From assembly GCF_009914755.1 (NCBI RefSeq), contig NC_060926.1: a DNA stretch of 64,000 bases; one strand, 5' to 3'. Positions 1 through 19,226 of this stretch are shown here, in pieces; position 1 is the first letter of the stretch, and each line of letters starts with the position of its first letter. This DNA is from the human T2T-CHM13v2.0 reference genome, Homo sapiens. A model generated the notes under the pieces. The model saw nothing but the letters and a program-made list of their open reading frames with translations, had not been told where the DNA came from and made no database searches. The position numbers and the translations under genes are program-made.

Positions 1-284
1 TCATGTCTATAATGCCAGTGCTTTGGGAGGCCACAGCCAGAGACCACTTGAAGACAGGAGTTCTGGACCATCCTGGGCAATATAGCGAGACCTCATCTCT
101 ATAACAATTTAAAAATTAGCCCAGCATGGTGGTACACACCTGTAGTTCTACTTGGGAGACTGTGAGAGGATCACTTGAGCCCAGGAGTTCAAGGCTACGG
201 TGAGCTAAGATTATGCCACTACACTCCAGCCTGGGCAACAGAGCAAGACCCCATCTCTAAAATACTTAAAAAGTGAAAAAAAAA
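1..284 (+). mobile_element. Alu (AluJ-like), cut by window start
   Basis: Dimeric Alu with GGATCACTTGAGCCCAGGAGTTCAAGGCT and A-rich tail. Confidence 0.9.
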
Positions 285-358
285 GGTGAGGAGACTTTAA
301 CTTTCTGAAATATATTTATGTGCCAAAATAAGTATAAATGTATTTCTCTTTTCTATAG

Positions 359-467
359 ATGAAAGTCCGAAAGATTATTACAAATGTATGGGATATTTTT
401 CAACCACCTCTTTTTGGTTTAGTTGGAGCAGAAGTATCTGTTTCATCGCTTGAATCAAATATTGTTG
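359..467 (+). pseudogene. SLC9B1: SLC9B1 pseudogene exon (third from last)
   Basis: ttttctatag|ATGAAAGTC...ATTGTTG|gtaag; 109 nt; MKVRKIITNVWDIFQPPLFGLVGAEVSVSSLESNIV. Confidence 0.93.
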
Positions 468-774
468 GTAAGAATGATTAGAGCACAAAAAATATGAAAT
501 TCAAAAATATTTAAGAAAATTATAAATACATTTATTTTTATTTACAATATATCTTTGAATGGCTATAAGGACCTTCTTCAGAAACACATGTTGATACAGT
601 GTCATATTTTCATATTGCTCTTCCTTTACACTGTGTGCTCTTTTTTCTTTTAAACCAAGGACAGCCCTGAATATCTTCCCTGAGTTATCTAAGGAAATAA
701 ATATAAGATTTCTTTCCTGAGGGAACATATTTGATACCATCAGCACTTTTTGAGTACTTTCATTTAAAACTATT

Positions 775-1071
<297 letters not shown>

Positions 1072-1338
1072 TCAAAAAAAAGTCTATTAGTTCAGAATTG
1101 TATAAATGTCATCTGTCTTATTTTTCATGGTACCTCCACCATCAGATACTGTCTTGCACTTTACAGAGAATCCTCCATCATATTCATTTTTTATTATCAT
1201 TGTTTTATGTAAAAATTAAACACATGAAGAGACAACAGCCTTAAAATGCTTTCAAAATTTTAGAAATCATATTCCTGGGCATAAAGAACACTTCTTCACA
1301 AATATTTTGTTATTTATGTTTGTTTTCATCTGCTGTAG

Positions 1339-1475
1339 GCATATCTGTTGCCACTCTCAGTTTGGCATTATGTGTTTGAATTTTAACCGCATATCTATTG
1401 ATGTGCTTTGCTGGTTTTAGTTTTAAGGAGAAAATATTTATTGCTTTAGCATGGATGCCCTAAGCTACAGTACAG
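1339..1475 (+). pseudogene. SLC9B1: SLC9B1 pseudogene penultimate exon with two nonsense codons
   Basis: ctgtag|GCATATCT...GTACAG|gtaaaa; TGA at 1377 (CpG-type R>stop) and TAA at 1461 (K>stop in the WMPKATVQ motif). Confidence 0.93.
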
Positions 1476-1621
1476 GTAAAAACATATTAAGCCTATTGCT
1501 TAATGCTTTCATTTAGATGCTTTTAAAATTTAAAATGAAAAATGTTACTCCAATCACAAAATATGAGCTATTATCCTTACTTTTTAAATGTTTGATTGAT
1601 CATAACTATTCATTAAAATTA

Positions 1622-2420
<799 letters not shown>

Positions 2421-2624
2421 AACGTAACCTTTTGAAATCTCAGTTTTAAAAGCAATTATTTTGAAATCAAAAAGTATTCTTTCAATAAGTACTTCCTAAG
2501 TTTATGAAAATATGTTTTTTATTTTCCTAAAATATATAATAAGAATATATCTGAAAATTGGAGTTTTTATATTTTGCTGAATATAACAAAGCTAAATGTT
2601 ATGATTTTAAAAATTAGAGACACA

Positions 2625-2925
2625 GGCCAGGCATGGTGGCTCATGCCTGTAATCCTAGCACTTCGGGAGGCTGAGGCAGGCAGATCACTTGAGCTCAGGA
2701 GTTCAAGACCAGCCTGGGCAACATGGTAAAACCCCCGTCTCTACAAAAAATACAAAAAAATTATTCAGGTGTGGTGGCATGCACCTGTAGTCACAGCTGC
2801 TTGGGGGCTGAGGCAGGAGGATTGCTTGAACTCGGGAGGTTGAGGCTGCAGTGAGCTGAGGTCATGCCACTTCACTCCAGCTTGGGTGACAAAGTGATAC
2901 CCTGTCGCAAAAAAAAGTAAAGTAA
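2625..2925 (+). mobile_element. Alu
   Basis: Full dimer; TSD-like AAAAT(T)AGAGACACA on both sides. Confidence 0.9.
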
Positions 2926-3389
2926 AATAGAGACACATTGATTTTTTTAAAAATACTTTTCCTACCTTGCCACTCACTCCATCACACAAATGTACAAATA
3001 TTTTTTTAATTACACATTTATTTGTATACTATTTGGTTAATGGCTAAATCCCTGCCCCCGCCCCCTTGATAGACTATGTAAGGACAGGGACAGTGTCTGG
3101 TTGTTGCAGTTGTTTTTCATTATTTCTCCCTGGCACTTAACACAGTGCCTGACACGCAGGAGGCAAATACATATTGCATGCCTGCAAGGATGAATGAACG
3201 GAAAGGGAAACCTTGTAATTTTGCCCTGTTATTCAAGGAGATTCTCCTCCTACTAAAATATATTGCTACTTCTTGTTAGACTGTTTAACTTGGCAGCATA
3301 ATATACCTTAATTTCCTGTGGCTCTTTTCTTAGTTGTTATTCCATAACAGAAGCTCCTAAATTTTCATGCAAAAAACCCTCTATTATCA

Positions 3390-3630
3390 TGTTAGAAAAG
3401 CAGGCTCATAGGGCCAGGCTACCTGTTTTGAATACCATGTTACTTGCCTATAACCTCAGGAAAATTATTTTCTAGTCTCTCAGTCCTTAAGTGTTCTCAT
3501 CTTACAATGAAGTCTATGACTGTATCTGTTTCTTAGCAGTGTTGTCAGGATTCAATGAGATAATCCACATAAAGTGCTTAGCACTCTCTCTGGCATAGGA
3601 TGGTGCTCAGTTAACAAACAATGTTGTTAT
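3390..3630 (+). mobile_element. MIR fragment
   Basis: MIR core-like ...CTCTCAGT...CTCATCT...GTTGTCAGGATTCAATGAGATAAT...AAAGTGCTTAGCAC. Confidence 0.6.
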
Positions 3631-4959
3631 TTTATCTTACCTTCAAGTAATATAAATAATAACTTTTTATTTTTAACGTCTACTATAGGGAATAATAAAT
3701 CTACAAAAGGAGTATCTGTTCACTCTCCTTCCAACAATACTCTTGCAATTTTGTTTCATTATTTCATAATTTTCATAAAGCAGGGAAAAAAGAAAAGCAG
3801 GTATGAGGAAAGAGACCACTCACTCAAGTCCTGCAGTATTATTCTGCTTCTGCCTATTCCTGTCTGCTGGCTCCAGGCTAGCTTCTACACAAAGAATATC
3901 AAGCTGGTTCCAGGAACTGGCAAGACATAAAAAATTAATTATTTATACAAGTAGAGTCACAACAGCAATAATAGATAACAATAATGTCACAAGTAAATAT
4001 GATCAACAAATATTTAAATTTCAATTTTAAATTATTTTCACCTTTATCCTCTTCCGCCGTTCTCTGCTGCTAAAATAAAATTGGCTAAGGTTCAGCTTTC
4101 TCTTGTTCCTTAGTTTCGAGTTACTGATAAAAATTAGACTGGAAAAATAGAAGCTATTAGGAGAGTAAATAAATAATTTAGTTTACAAATGTAAGATCAG
4201 CTTGGCAATTGGATTTTTTTAAAGAAATAATATTAAATCTCAGTCACTAGGAGGAAATCATTTATCATCTAATAAAAGTCCTCACATAATAAGGTTGTCA
4301 TAAGAATTAAATGAATTGATAAATGGAAAGCTTTAAGAATGATACCTGACATATGATAAATGCCATATAACTATAAAAATATTATTTCTAGTTTCACCAT
4401 TATCGTCATCATCTCTTAAAAGTCAATGGGTTTGGTTTTTGTTTTTGTTTTTTCTGTTGGCAGTTCTTTTATGTTCAAATCCTCTTCTAAACTGTAAGAT
4501 TCTTTCAAGGTGGTTTTCTCCATGATTGTTTTTTTCTCCCTAGCATCCTCCAGCACACTGGATCATGTTCAGTACATTAAAAGATATGATATAAAAATAA
4601 TACCATTTTAAATTATTGATTTAGGATATAGAAATTGATCTTAAATTGAGGGGTTCTTTTGCCATAATGTTCCATATCAGAGGTAATGTTTCTACCATTA
4701 TGTTGTTACTTTGCAACTCCATAGAAAATATGTTATATATTGGTATTTAATTCCCCCAAGTTTTAAGGCAATTTCATGCCTAGCTATTAAACACAAGGAA
4801 AGAGAGTTAGCAAGAAATTTGCTTTATGTTATTAAAAATAATGTGGTAGAAGGTAACTAGGGAAAAAATCTTGTGACCCAGTAGAGTCATTCTAAAACAA
4901 AAACTTCAAAGGAACTCATTCTCTGACCTGTCAGGGGATGAGGAGTGAAGGAGAAAGAA

Positions 4960-5190
4960 ACTTACTACTATCTGAATACCTACTCTGTGCCAGGTATTCT
5001 TCACATTCTCATATTTAATTTTCACAACGGTCCAGTAAGATAAGTATTTTTTTCTTCGTTTTACACTTAAGTAAGTAGAAGGTTAGAGAGTGTGAGTCAT
5101 TTGTACAAGGTCACTAGCCTGGTTGCAACAAAGTAGGATTCAAACCCAGTTTGCTAGATTCCAAGCCTGCTGTCAGTTCTGCTATAACCC
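4960..5190 (-). mobile_element. MIR fragment
   Basis: TACCTACTCTGTGCCAGG...AAGGTCAC...GGATTCAAACCCAG. Confidence 0.6.
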
Positions 5191-5633
5191 AGTGCCCTCT
5201 GAATAAGGAGAACAATGAGAAGAAGGGCAACAAATCCTAGAGAACCATAAGAAAACTTAATATTTTATTTTGTCTTCTCGTAGTCAAAAACCACTGGTAC
5301 ACGATAAAGGCAACTAAGCAAAACCGGTTTCGTTAGAACTCCTGGTGTTATGAGGGCAACACTCAAAAGAGATATTTGAATAGAGGGACACTGAGATGAC
5401 AAGAGTGCAACATCAGCCCAAAAATGTTTGCATGCTGATTTGTCACTATGGTACTCTTCCTCCACATATATTTGCTAGGAAGAACATGGAACTGATGAGT
5501 AACTTATGAAAATTACTGAGTACTTTTTTTTCTAATAGTCTAGTACCAGATTTTGTTTAACACAGCCATTTACATTATATATTAACTCAGTTTAATATTT
5601 TTCTTTATGCCCCATTTTTACCCCTAAATGTAG

Positions 5634-6020
5634 GCTGTGTTAGGTCCTCTGGCTCTAGAAACAGCAAGAGTCTCCGCACCCCACTTGGAACCATATGCGA
5701 AGGATGTGATGACAGTAGTATTTTTAGCCATCTTGATCACAGCTCCAAATGGAGCTCTACTTATGGGCATTCTGGGGCCTAAAATGCTTACACGCCATTA
5801 TGATCCAAGCAAAATAAAACTGCAATTGTCAACATTAGAACATCATTAAAAAGTTTACCTGTCATCATCGGCCTGCTTCTTTTAATGAATTATTTCAATG
5901 ACAGAAGAATTTTAAAGTAGAAATATGTAGGGAGTGTACAGAAAATCCAGGATTTAGTAAACATGTGATTTCAGTACAGGGCTTTTCTTGGACTTTTTAC
6001 TCCAAAGTTAATTTAATAAA
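5634..6020 (+). pseudogene. SLC9B1: SLC9B1 pseudogene terminal exon (stop 5847-5849) with 3' UTR and poly(A) signal
   Basis: atgtag|GCTGTGTTAGGT...; ORF track 5637-5849 ends LSTLEHH*; AATAAA at 6015-6020. Confidence 0.9.
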
Positions 6021-7254
6021 AATAATATTAAATGGAATGCTCTCTTGGTATTTACATATTGTAAGAACAAATTAAATCTGTAAATACCCTAGGAAAGTTT
6101 AAAGTAATCCCTCAGGCTGAATTTGATATCATAATACAAACTGAGCTTAATATAAAATTAAACAAACTTAATGGCAGAAAGAAAAACTTTGAATATTGAA
6201 CTTGGTAAGATAGCCTAAGTTTCCAAATAGGAGGAGTAGAACTCCCCATGATGTCCAGTAATTCAGTTAAAAAGATCACTACAAAAAGAAAAAAAAAAAT
6301 TAGTAAAACACATCAACTTTAAATGGGTTAACTGAATAGATTTTAAATTCTGGTTTTGGTGACTACCTGAATAAATAATATAAGTAATAGAACCAAGTTA
6401 GTCTTTCCTTATTTCTGCCATGCCCTTAAAATGAAAGTCTGGTTTAGCAGTTTTTAGATGAAACACTATCTAAATTTTTATTTATAGAAATAAAATTACA
6501 TCACAAATGGAAGTAAACTATATTTTTTTCAATTAGTATTTTAAAATCTAGGCATAAAAGGCAGCCTCCAAAAATGAAAGATTTGGAGACTACTGTCATG
6601 TGGCAGTTTCTTCTCCTTAGTAATATAGAATTACCTTTTAATTCTGGCTGATTAAATCTGCCATGTTAATGTAGAACCCATCACAAGCAAAGTGAGTTTT
6701 AATTAACTTCAAGACTCTTTATTTTAAAGTTATAAGAGTCATATAAACACTTCTAAAATGGCCTTATTGAATGGCATTTTAGAAATTGTTTAGACTTCTT
6801 TGGCAAAAGCTCAATGCAAGGTCTGAATATTACTTTCATTCCTATTTTTCCTCTTCTCCACAAGCAAGATATTAAAATACCACAGAATATGAAATTTACA
6901 CATAAATTTGCCAAGTGAAGCAATTAAAATTTAAGGCAATCAAAACTATGTGTTATTCCTATTAAGACTAAAGGCTTTTACAGAATATATCACCGAAACT
7001 GCCAAAAGTTCTAAAACCGTCTGGGAAATAACTCTTGGAAAATACACTCTGGGAGAATAACTCTGGGAAAAGATAAAATAGCTACTGTTTTAGTGACATT
7101 TTCTCTTTATAGTTTTACAACAAAGTACAGACTCCATTTTCAAATATTGTAATTCTAGTACTCAAATTCTAAAAATTTAAACTGTGCCAGTGTTTTGACT
7201 ACTATTTAAATCATGAGGACATCTCATTGTCACTTATAAAAAAATAAAAATATA

Positions 7255-7645
<391 letters not shown>

Positions 7646-7945
7646 TTAATAAAAGAGAAATAAGAAATAATTTTCAAAATGAGAAATTGTGTTTTTGATT
7701 AGGAGGAAAATTGTTGTACCTATTCTTTTTATTCTTTATTTATTGAACTTTCTCTAAGTGTCTGTGATATATGTTTATTATACAGAAATAGTCGCCATTT
7801 TAAGGTAGTGTGGCAGATGTTATTATATGAAATTTTAAGTTTTTATTTATAAAAAGTTTTTATAAAAATTTATTAATATAATTTAAAAATTACAACCAGT
7901 TAACCATGTGTATGATATTAGTGTTTATAGTATTTAAACAAATAA

Positions 7946-11435
<3,490 letters not shown>

Positions 11436-11778
11436 ATCCATTAATGTTTAATTGTACCTTCTCTTGTGGCCCCGTTTTTTCCCTTTTAATTATGAAACAT
11501 TGGAGCCTACAGAAAGGTAGAAAAAATGGGCACCCACATAACCACCACCTAAATCCAATTAATTGTTAATATTTTGTCAAGTTTTCTTTATGTAATTTTT
11601 CAATTTGAATTAAAAGTAAATTATAGGCATCATGCTAATTTGCCTCTGTATACTTAAGCCTGCATATTCAAAAACTAAAGCCATTTTCTTGCATAACCAC
11701 AATTCCCTTATCCTTTCACACCAAGATATCAGTAATTCCTTACAATTATTCAACTCCCAAATATTTTCAAATATAAAG

Positions 11779-12330
<552 letters not shown>

Positions 12331-12471
12331 TTTCTTAATTGTTTCCCAATTATAGCAATTTTTAAAAGCCGGGATCCAATCGAGAACTGGAAAGTACATT
12401 TTGTTTTTGTCTCTTATTTTGTAATCCAGTACATTTCTCCATACTTAATCCCTTGCTAAATGGCACAGACG

Positions 12472-12767
12472 TTTTTTTTTTTTTTTTGAGACGGAGTCTT
12501 GCTTTGTCACCGGGCTGGAGTGCAGTGGTGTGATCTTGGCTCACTGCAACCTCTGCCTCCTGGGTTCAAGAGATACTCTTGCCTCACCCTCCTGAATAGC
12601 TGGGATTACAGGCACCTGCCACCACGGCCGGATAATTTTTTGTATTTTTACTAGAGACAGGGTTTCACCATGTTAGCCAGGATGGTCTCGATCTCCTGAC
12701 CGCATGATCCACCCTCCTCAGCCTCCCAAAGTGCTGGGATTACAGGTGCGAGCCACCGTGCCCAGCC
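12472..12767 (-). mobile_element. Alu (AluSc/Y-like)
   Basis: Poly-T then GAGACGGAGTCTTGC...GTTAGCCAGGATGGTCTCGATCTCC. Confidence 0.9.
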
Positions 12768-13159
12768 GGTATTGACATTTTAAAGGAACCATGCTAGTTG
12801 TCAAGTAGAATATCTCACATTCTGGATTTGTGGGACTGTTCATGGTTTCATTTAGTTTGTCTATCCCCTCAATTTTCTGAAATTTGAAGTTAAATTTAAA
12901 GACTTGGTTACATTCAGGTTAAACTTTTTTGGCCAGAATCATTCAAAGGTGATGTCGTATACTTCCAATAGCGGCACTTAACGAAGTTTATGTCTGGTTG
13001 TCCCACTGCCAGTGATGCTAATTTTCATTCCTAAATTAAGGTGGTGATTGCCAGATATCTATATCGTAATGGTATATTTTCCTCTGTAATTAGCCAGTGA
13101 TCTCTGAGGTTATACCTTGGTACTACATGAATATTCATTCTTCATCAAGTTTCTCAAAA

Positions 13160-13830
13160 TTAGTAGACTGTTTTTTAGAGCAATTTTAGGTTTACAGAAA
13201 CCAATGAGCAGAAAGTACACAGAGTTCCCATGTAACACTACCTTCCTATCCCACTCTCCACCCAATCCCTACCTCTGTACACAATTTCATTTATTATTAA
13301 CACCATGTATTAATGTGGTATATTGGTTACAATTGATACATATTGATACATTACTATAACTGAAGTCCATAGTTTACATTAGCGTTCACTCTTTGTGTTG
13401 TAAAGTTCTGTGAATTTTGACAACTGTATAATGACAGATATCCACCAGTATCATACAGAATAGTTTCATCACCATAAAAATCCTCTGTGTTCCACCTATG
13501 TATCCCCCTCTTACTTTCCTCAAATTGCTGAAAACCACTGATGTTTCTACATTATAGTATTGCCTTTTCCAGATTGTCATACACTTAGAACCATACAATA
13601 TATAGCCTCCTCATGCTGGCTTCTTTTACTTAGCAATATACATTTAAGTCTTCTCCATGTATTTTCTTAGCTTAATATCTGATTTCTTTTTAGTGCTGTA
13701 TAATATTCCCTTGTCTGGATGTACCACATTTTGCATAGCCATTAACCTACTGAAGGATATCTTGGTTGATTCCAAGTTTTGGCAGTTATGAATACAACTG
13801 TTATAAACAGCCATGCACAGGTTTTTAAGG
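13160..13830 (-). mobile_element. Old L1 3' end (L1MC/L1MB-like)
   Basis: TTTTAGAGCAATTTTAGGTTTACAG...GAGCAGAAAGTACACAGAGTTCCCA typical of L1MC-class 3' UTR. Confidence 0.7.
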
Positions 13831-15810
13831 TTTTAACAAACTCTCCCTGGCAGTTTCTGTTTTTCCTCACTTTTCAAGCCCATGGGCTATCTCCCAGTGC
13901 TGGTCGTTTTAATATTCTGCAGAGTACTTAAGCATTACAGAATATAGAAACTGGAAGATACTTGGCAGTCATTTAGTCCCTCATGTTCTAGATGAGAAAA
14001 CTGAAGCCCAGATACCTTATTATATGTGCAGTCCCCCAATCTGAGTGTCAAATCCACCTCTCCCAGTTGTTTTCTGTTCAAATAACCCTGTGAACTTCAG
14101 TGACCCTCACTGACCACATCATCATTATTCACCAATAGTTCCCCAATAGATCCGCTCTACATTAGCTCATTTCAAATGTTCTTTTCCTTTCACGCACATA
14201 CCATACAGTACTTAAAATTCTGTTGACAACAATCAATATGAATTCAAATTAAGTTCTTGCCCCAAAGATGTGACTTCTACTACACAGTTCCCTTTGGCCT
14301 GAGGGCAATTCCTAGGGCATGAACTTAGTCATGTGCCCTCAACAGACAGCACTCTAAGGAAGCTGGGGAATGAGGATCTCCATTCTGCAGGGAGGCCTGG
14401 ACTACACAACACAGAAGGTACTACTCTGTCCATCCCTCGTGTCATTTGGATCCATGACTTCATATAACTTCTCTCCATCTAGGAATAGCTCCTCCAGGAT
14501 TTTGCTGGGGAAACGTGAAAGTAACATTCATGGAGGGAACAATAGCTCCTTGGCTCTTCAACTGGTCTTTCACCCTAAACTGATCATCTGCCTTTCATAC
14601 TATACAGGTACTATCAGGTTTACATTCTTACCCTCAGCTAGCACCTCCACTGGTCTAGGTCACTTACCTGGTGATAGGAGAGGGGGTTGTAGTAGCCATG
14701 GCTACTAGACTTGTCCTTTTAAATTGAGCAATCAAAATTTAGTAAGGGACTACTTAAACATCCCTTGGCTGCCAAACACATTCCTGGCTACTTCCGTTGT
14801 GTAACAGCATTGAATTGCAGAGATAAAAAGCAGAAATTTCCCAAGTGAATCCCCAGGGGTGACGGTAAATAGTGCTACTCTTTCTTCAATCCATGGTCCT
14901 CTTTCTATTAGCGACATGGGACCATATAATGGTACTGATCTAGGATATATGCTTGTATCCCATCCCTGCAGCTTCAAAGGGCTACTGGAGGCTGTTCCAT
15001 CACTCCATCAGTTTGACAGCTTCTAGTTGTTGTGATTTCGTGATTTGTAATAGGATCACTGAATTGCATTTTCATGTGTCCACCACTGCAACCACAGTGC
15101 TACAAAGTACATTCCCTTTATACAGTGCTATAAAGTACAATGCAAGGATGTGTAGGATTCCATATTGGAGGATTAAACATTCTGTCAGCCCTTGGATAGT
15201 GGTGCTGCTTGAGGCCATGTAAGTAGGAAAGATAAATCCATACTCAGAATAAGTATCAGTTCCAGCCAAGATGAATCATTACCCTTCCTGTGATGGAAAG
15301 AATCCAGTGCATTCAGCTTGCCACCAGGTGGCTACTTGGTGTCCTTGAGGGATGATGCTAACTTGAGTCCTCAGTGTTGCTCTGTCTTGATGACAACTTT
15401 GACATTCAGAAGCAGCAGTAGCTAGGTAAGACTTAGTCAGTGGAGACTTCTGCTGTTTGGGCCTCTGCATAGCCTCCATCCTTGTCACTATATTTATTCA
15501 CCAATTGTGCTAGTACTGAGCTGGCCAATGGAAGAGGTTGGCTAACATCATCTGGCTGAGTCGCTTTTTTCCTTGGTTGTTGATAGATACCTCTTGTAGA
15601 TGTTAACATGTGAAACAAAGATCTTCATACTTTTTGTACATCCCCATAAGTCCACCCATATGCCCTTTTCTCTGATGTCTTTTTCTCCAGTCTTCCAAAT
15701 TTTCTCCTTCCATCCCCCTGACCTGTAGCCAAGCCATTTGACCATGAGTCAGTACATTCTTACTTTGAGTCTCTTCTCTTTCCATGCAAAGTGAATGACA
15801 AGGTGCGTAG

Positions 15811-16143
<333 letters not shown>

Positions 16144-16149
16144 AAGAAT

Positions 16150-18590
16150 TTATTTTTGAGTTGAATTTTTAAATATTAAAAATTTTTAGATATACAAAAA
16201 ATATATATATATATTTGTAGTGTACAACCTGATGTTTTGAAATATGGATACATTGTGGAATGGCTAACTCAAGCTAATTAATACATGTGTTACCTCACAT
16301 ACTTATCATTTCTTTTGTGATGAGAACACTTAAAATCTACTGTCCTAGCAATTTTCAAGTATGCAATACATTGTTATTAACTGTAGTCACCATGTTGTAC
16401 AATAGGTCTCTTGAACTTGTTCTTCCTGCTTATCTTAATATTTGTATCCTTTGACCAACATCTCCCCAGTTCTACCCTCCTCCCCCTGCCCCTAATAACC
16501 ATTATTCTATTTTCTGCTTCTATATGTATGACTTTTTTAGATTCCAGACATAAGTGAGATTACATGGCATTTATCTCTCTGTGCCTGGCTTATTTCACAT
16601 AATATAATGTCCTCCAGTTTCATCCATGTTATTACAAAGGACAGGATTTCCTTCTTTAAGGCTGAACAATATTTCATTAGGTATATATACATCACATTTT
16701 CGTTAATCATTCATCTGTTAAAGGATACTTAGGTTGATTTCATATCTTGTCTATTGTGAATAATGTTGCAATGAACATGAGGTACAGATTTTTCTTTGAC
16801 ATATTGAATCATTTTCTTTGGGTATATAAATAGTACTAGGATTGCTGGATCATACGGTAGTTTTATTTTTAACTTTCTGAGAAACCTCTATATTATTTTT
16901 CATAATGGCTGTACTAATTTACATTCCTGCCAACAGTATACAAAGGCTCCCTTTTCTCCACATCCTCGCCAACACATGTTATCTTTTGTCTTTTTCATAG
17001 TAGCCATTCTAAAAGGGATGTCAAATTGTGGTTCGGATTTGCGTTTCCCTGATGACTGGTGAAGTTGGTTATTTTTTCATATTCCTGTTGGCCATTTGTA
17101 TGTCTTCTTTGGAAAAATGTTTATTCAGGTACTTTGCTTCCCTTTCATTAATCAGGTTGTATGTTTTCATGCTATTGAATTGTATGAATACTTTATATAT
17201 TCTGGATATTAATCCTTTATCAGTTGTATGGTTTGCAAATATTTTCTCCCTTTTTGTAGGCTATCTCTTTACTCTATTGATTGCTCCCTTTGCTTGCACA
17301 GCTTTTTAGTTTGATATAATCCCATTTGTCTATTTTTGCTTTTGTTGCCTGTGCTTTGGGGGTCATATCCAGAAAATCATTGCCCAGACCAGTCTCATGG
17401 AGCTTTTCCTGTATGTTTTCTTCTAGTAGTTTTATGGTTTCAGATTTTATATTTAAGTGTTTAGTCCATTTGTGTTATTTTTTTGTATATGGTGTGAGAT
17501 AAGGGTCTAATTTCATTTCTCTGCATGTGGAGTTCTCTCAACACCGTTTATTGAAAAGATTGTCGTTTCCCCATTGTGTATTCTTGGCATATTTACTGAA
17601 AATCAATTGGCCATAAACGTGGATGTATTTTGAGGCTCTCTATTCTATTCCATTGGTCTACCAGTCTGTTTGTATGCCAGTATCATGTTATATTTTTGAT
17701 TACTATAGCATCATAGTATATTTTGAAACTGGATAATGTGATGCCTCCTACTTTGTTCTTTTTGCTCACAATTTGCTATTTGGAGTTTTTCGTGGTTTCA
17801 CATGAATTTGGGGACTTTTTTCTGTTTATGTAAAAAATATCATTGGAATTTTGATAGAGATTACATTGAATCTGTAGATCACCTTGGGTACTAAGAACAT
17901 TTTAACAGTATGAATTCTTCTAATCCATGAAGATGGGATATATTTCCATTTATGTGTGTCTTCTTCAATTTCTTTCACCAATGTTTTATAGTTTTCAGTG
18001 TACAGGTCTTTCACCTCCTTGGTTAAATTAATTCCTAAGTATTTGTGTAGCCATTATAAATGAAATTGTTTTCTTGATTTCTTTTTCAGATAGTTCATTG
18101 TTAGTGTATACAGATGCTACTCGTTTTTTTATGTTGATTTTGCATCCTGCACCTTTACTGAATTAATTTACTAGTTCCAACAGTTTTTTTTTTGGTGGAC
18201 TCTTTAGGGTTTTCTACATTTAAGATCATGTTGTCTGCAGAGACAATTTCACTTATTCCTTTCTGACTTTAATGTCTTTATTTCTTCTTCTTGACTAATT
18301 GCTAGAACTTGAATAGAAGTGGTGAAAATGGGCATCCATCTTGTTTCTGATCTTAGAGAAAAAGCTTTCAACTTTTTACCATTGAGTATGATGTTAGCTG
18401 TGGGCCTATCATATATGCCTTTATTGTGTTATGTGGACATTGATACCTAATTTGTTGAAAGTTTTTATTACAGAAAGATGTTGAATTTTGTCAAATGCTT
18501 TCTCTGCATCCATGGAGATATTCATATAGTTTTTGTCCTTCATTCTGTTAATGTGTATATCACATTTATTGATTCATATATGTTGAACCG
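16150..18590 (-). mobile_element. 5'-truncated L1 (L1MA7/8-like), 3' UTR plus ORF2 end
   Basis: ORF2 remnant [34 protein letters not shown]; L1MA-type 3' UTR (TGAGAACACTTAAAATCTAC...). Confidence 0.88.
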
Positions 18591-18858
18591 TCCTTGGGAG
18601 GATTTAATCTACTGCTATCTTTCCATAGCTGAAGTAGGCTGCTATCATATTTTACTTACATCCGCATCCTGAGTTGATCTTCCAATGAACAAGCTTAGCT
18701 TTTTTCCTCCTTTAGCAATATTGGAACTCCCACATAGGCAGAGTTGCCAGCTGAGGGAGAGAATCTAGTGTCACAATTTGGATAATGTGGGGACCTGGAT
18801 CACCTGATCATACTGCTTACTTGTGTCCTCTAGTCTTTCTCATGCCCAATCCTTGATG

Positions 18859-19226
18859 TGATATGGTTTGGCTCTGTGTCCCCACAAAATCTCATCTCAA
18901 ATTATAATCCCCACATGTAGAGAGAGGGACCGGGTGGGAAGTGACTGGATCATGGGGGCAGTTTCCCTCATGCTGTTCTCATGATATTGAGTGAGTTCTC
19001 ATGAGAGCGGATGGTTTAAAAGTGTTTGGCACATCCCCCCCTTGCTTTCTGTCTCTCTTGCTGCCTTGTGAAGAAGGTGCCTGATTCACCTTTGCCTTTA
19101 GTCATAAGTATAAGTTTCCTGAGACCTCTCCAGTCATACGGAATTATGAGTCAATAAACCTCTTTTGTTTATTAATTACCCAGTCTTGGGTAGTTCTTTA
19201 TAGCAATGTGAAAATGGACTAATTCA
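18859..19226 (+). mobile_element. THE1D-like MaLR solo LTR
   Basis: TGATATGGTTTGGCTCTGTGTCCCCAC...AAAATGGACTAATTCA; ATGTG at both ends (TSD-like). Confidence 0.9.

Noticed and set aside
5637-5849. Stand-alone 70-aa membrane protein
   Set aside because: It is the last SLC9B1 exon with a non-ATG start; the upstream exon has two stops.
18859-19226. DUX4-responsive THE1 promoter
   Set aside because: The position that reads TAATTGAATCA in responsive THE1 copies is TGACTGGATCA here.
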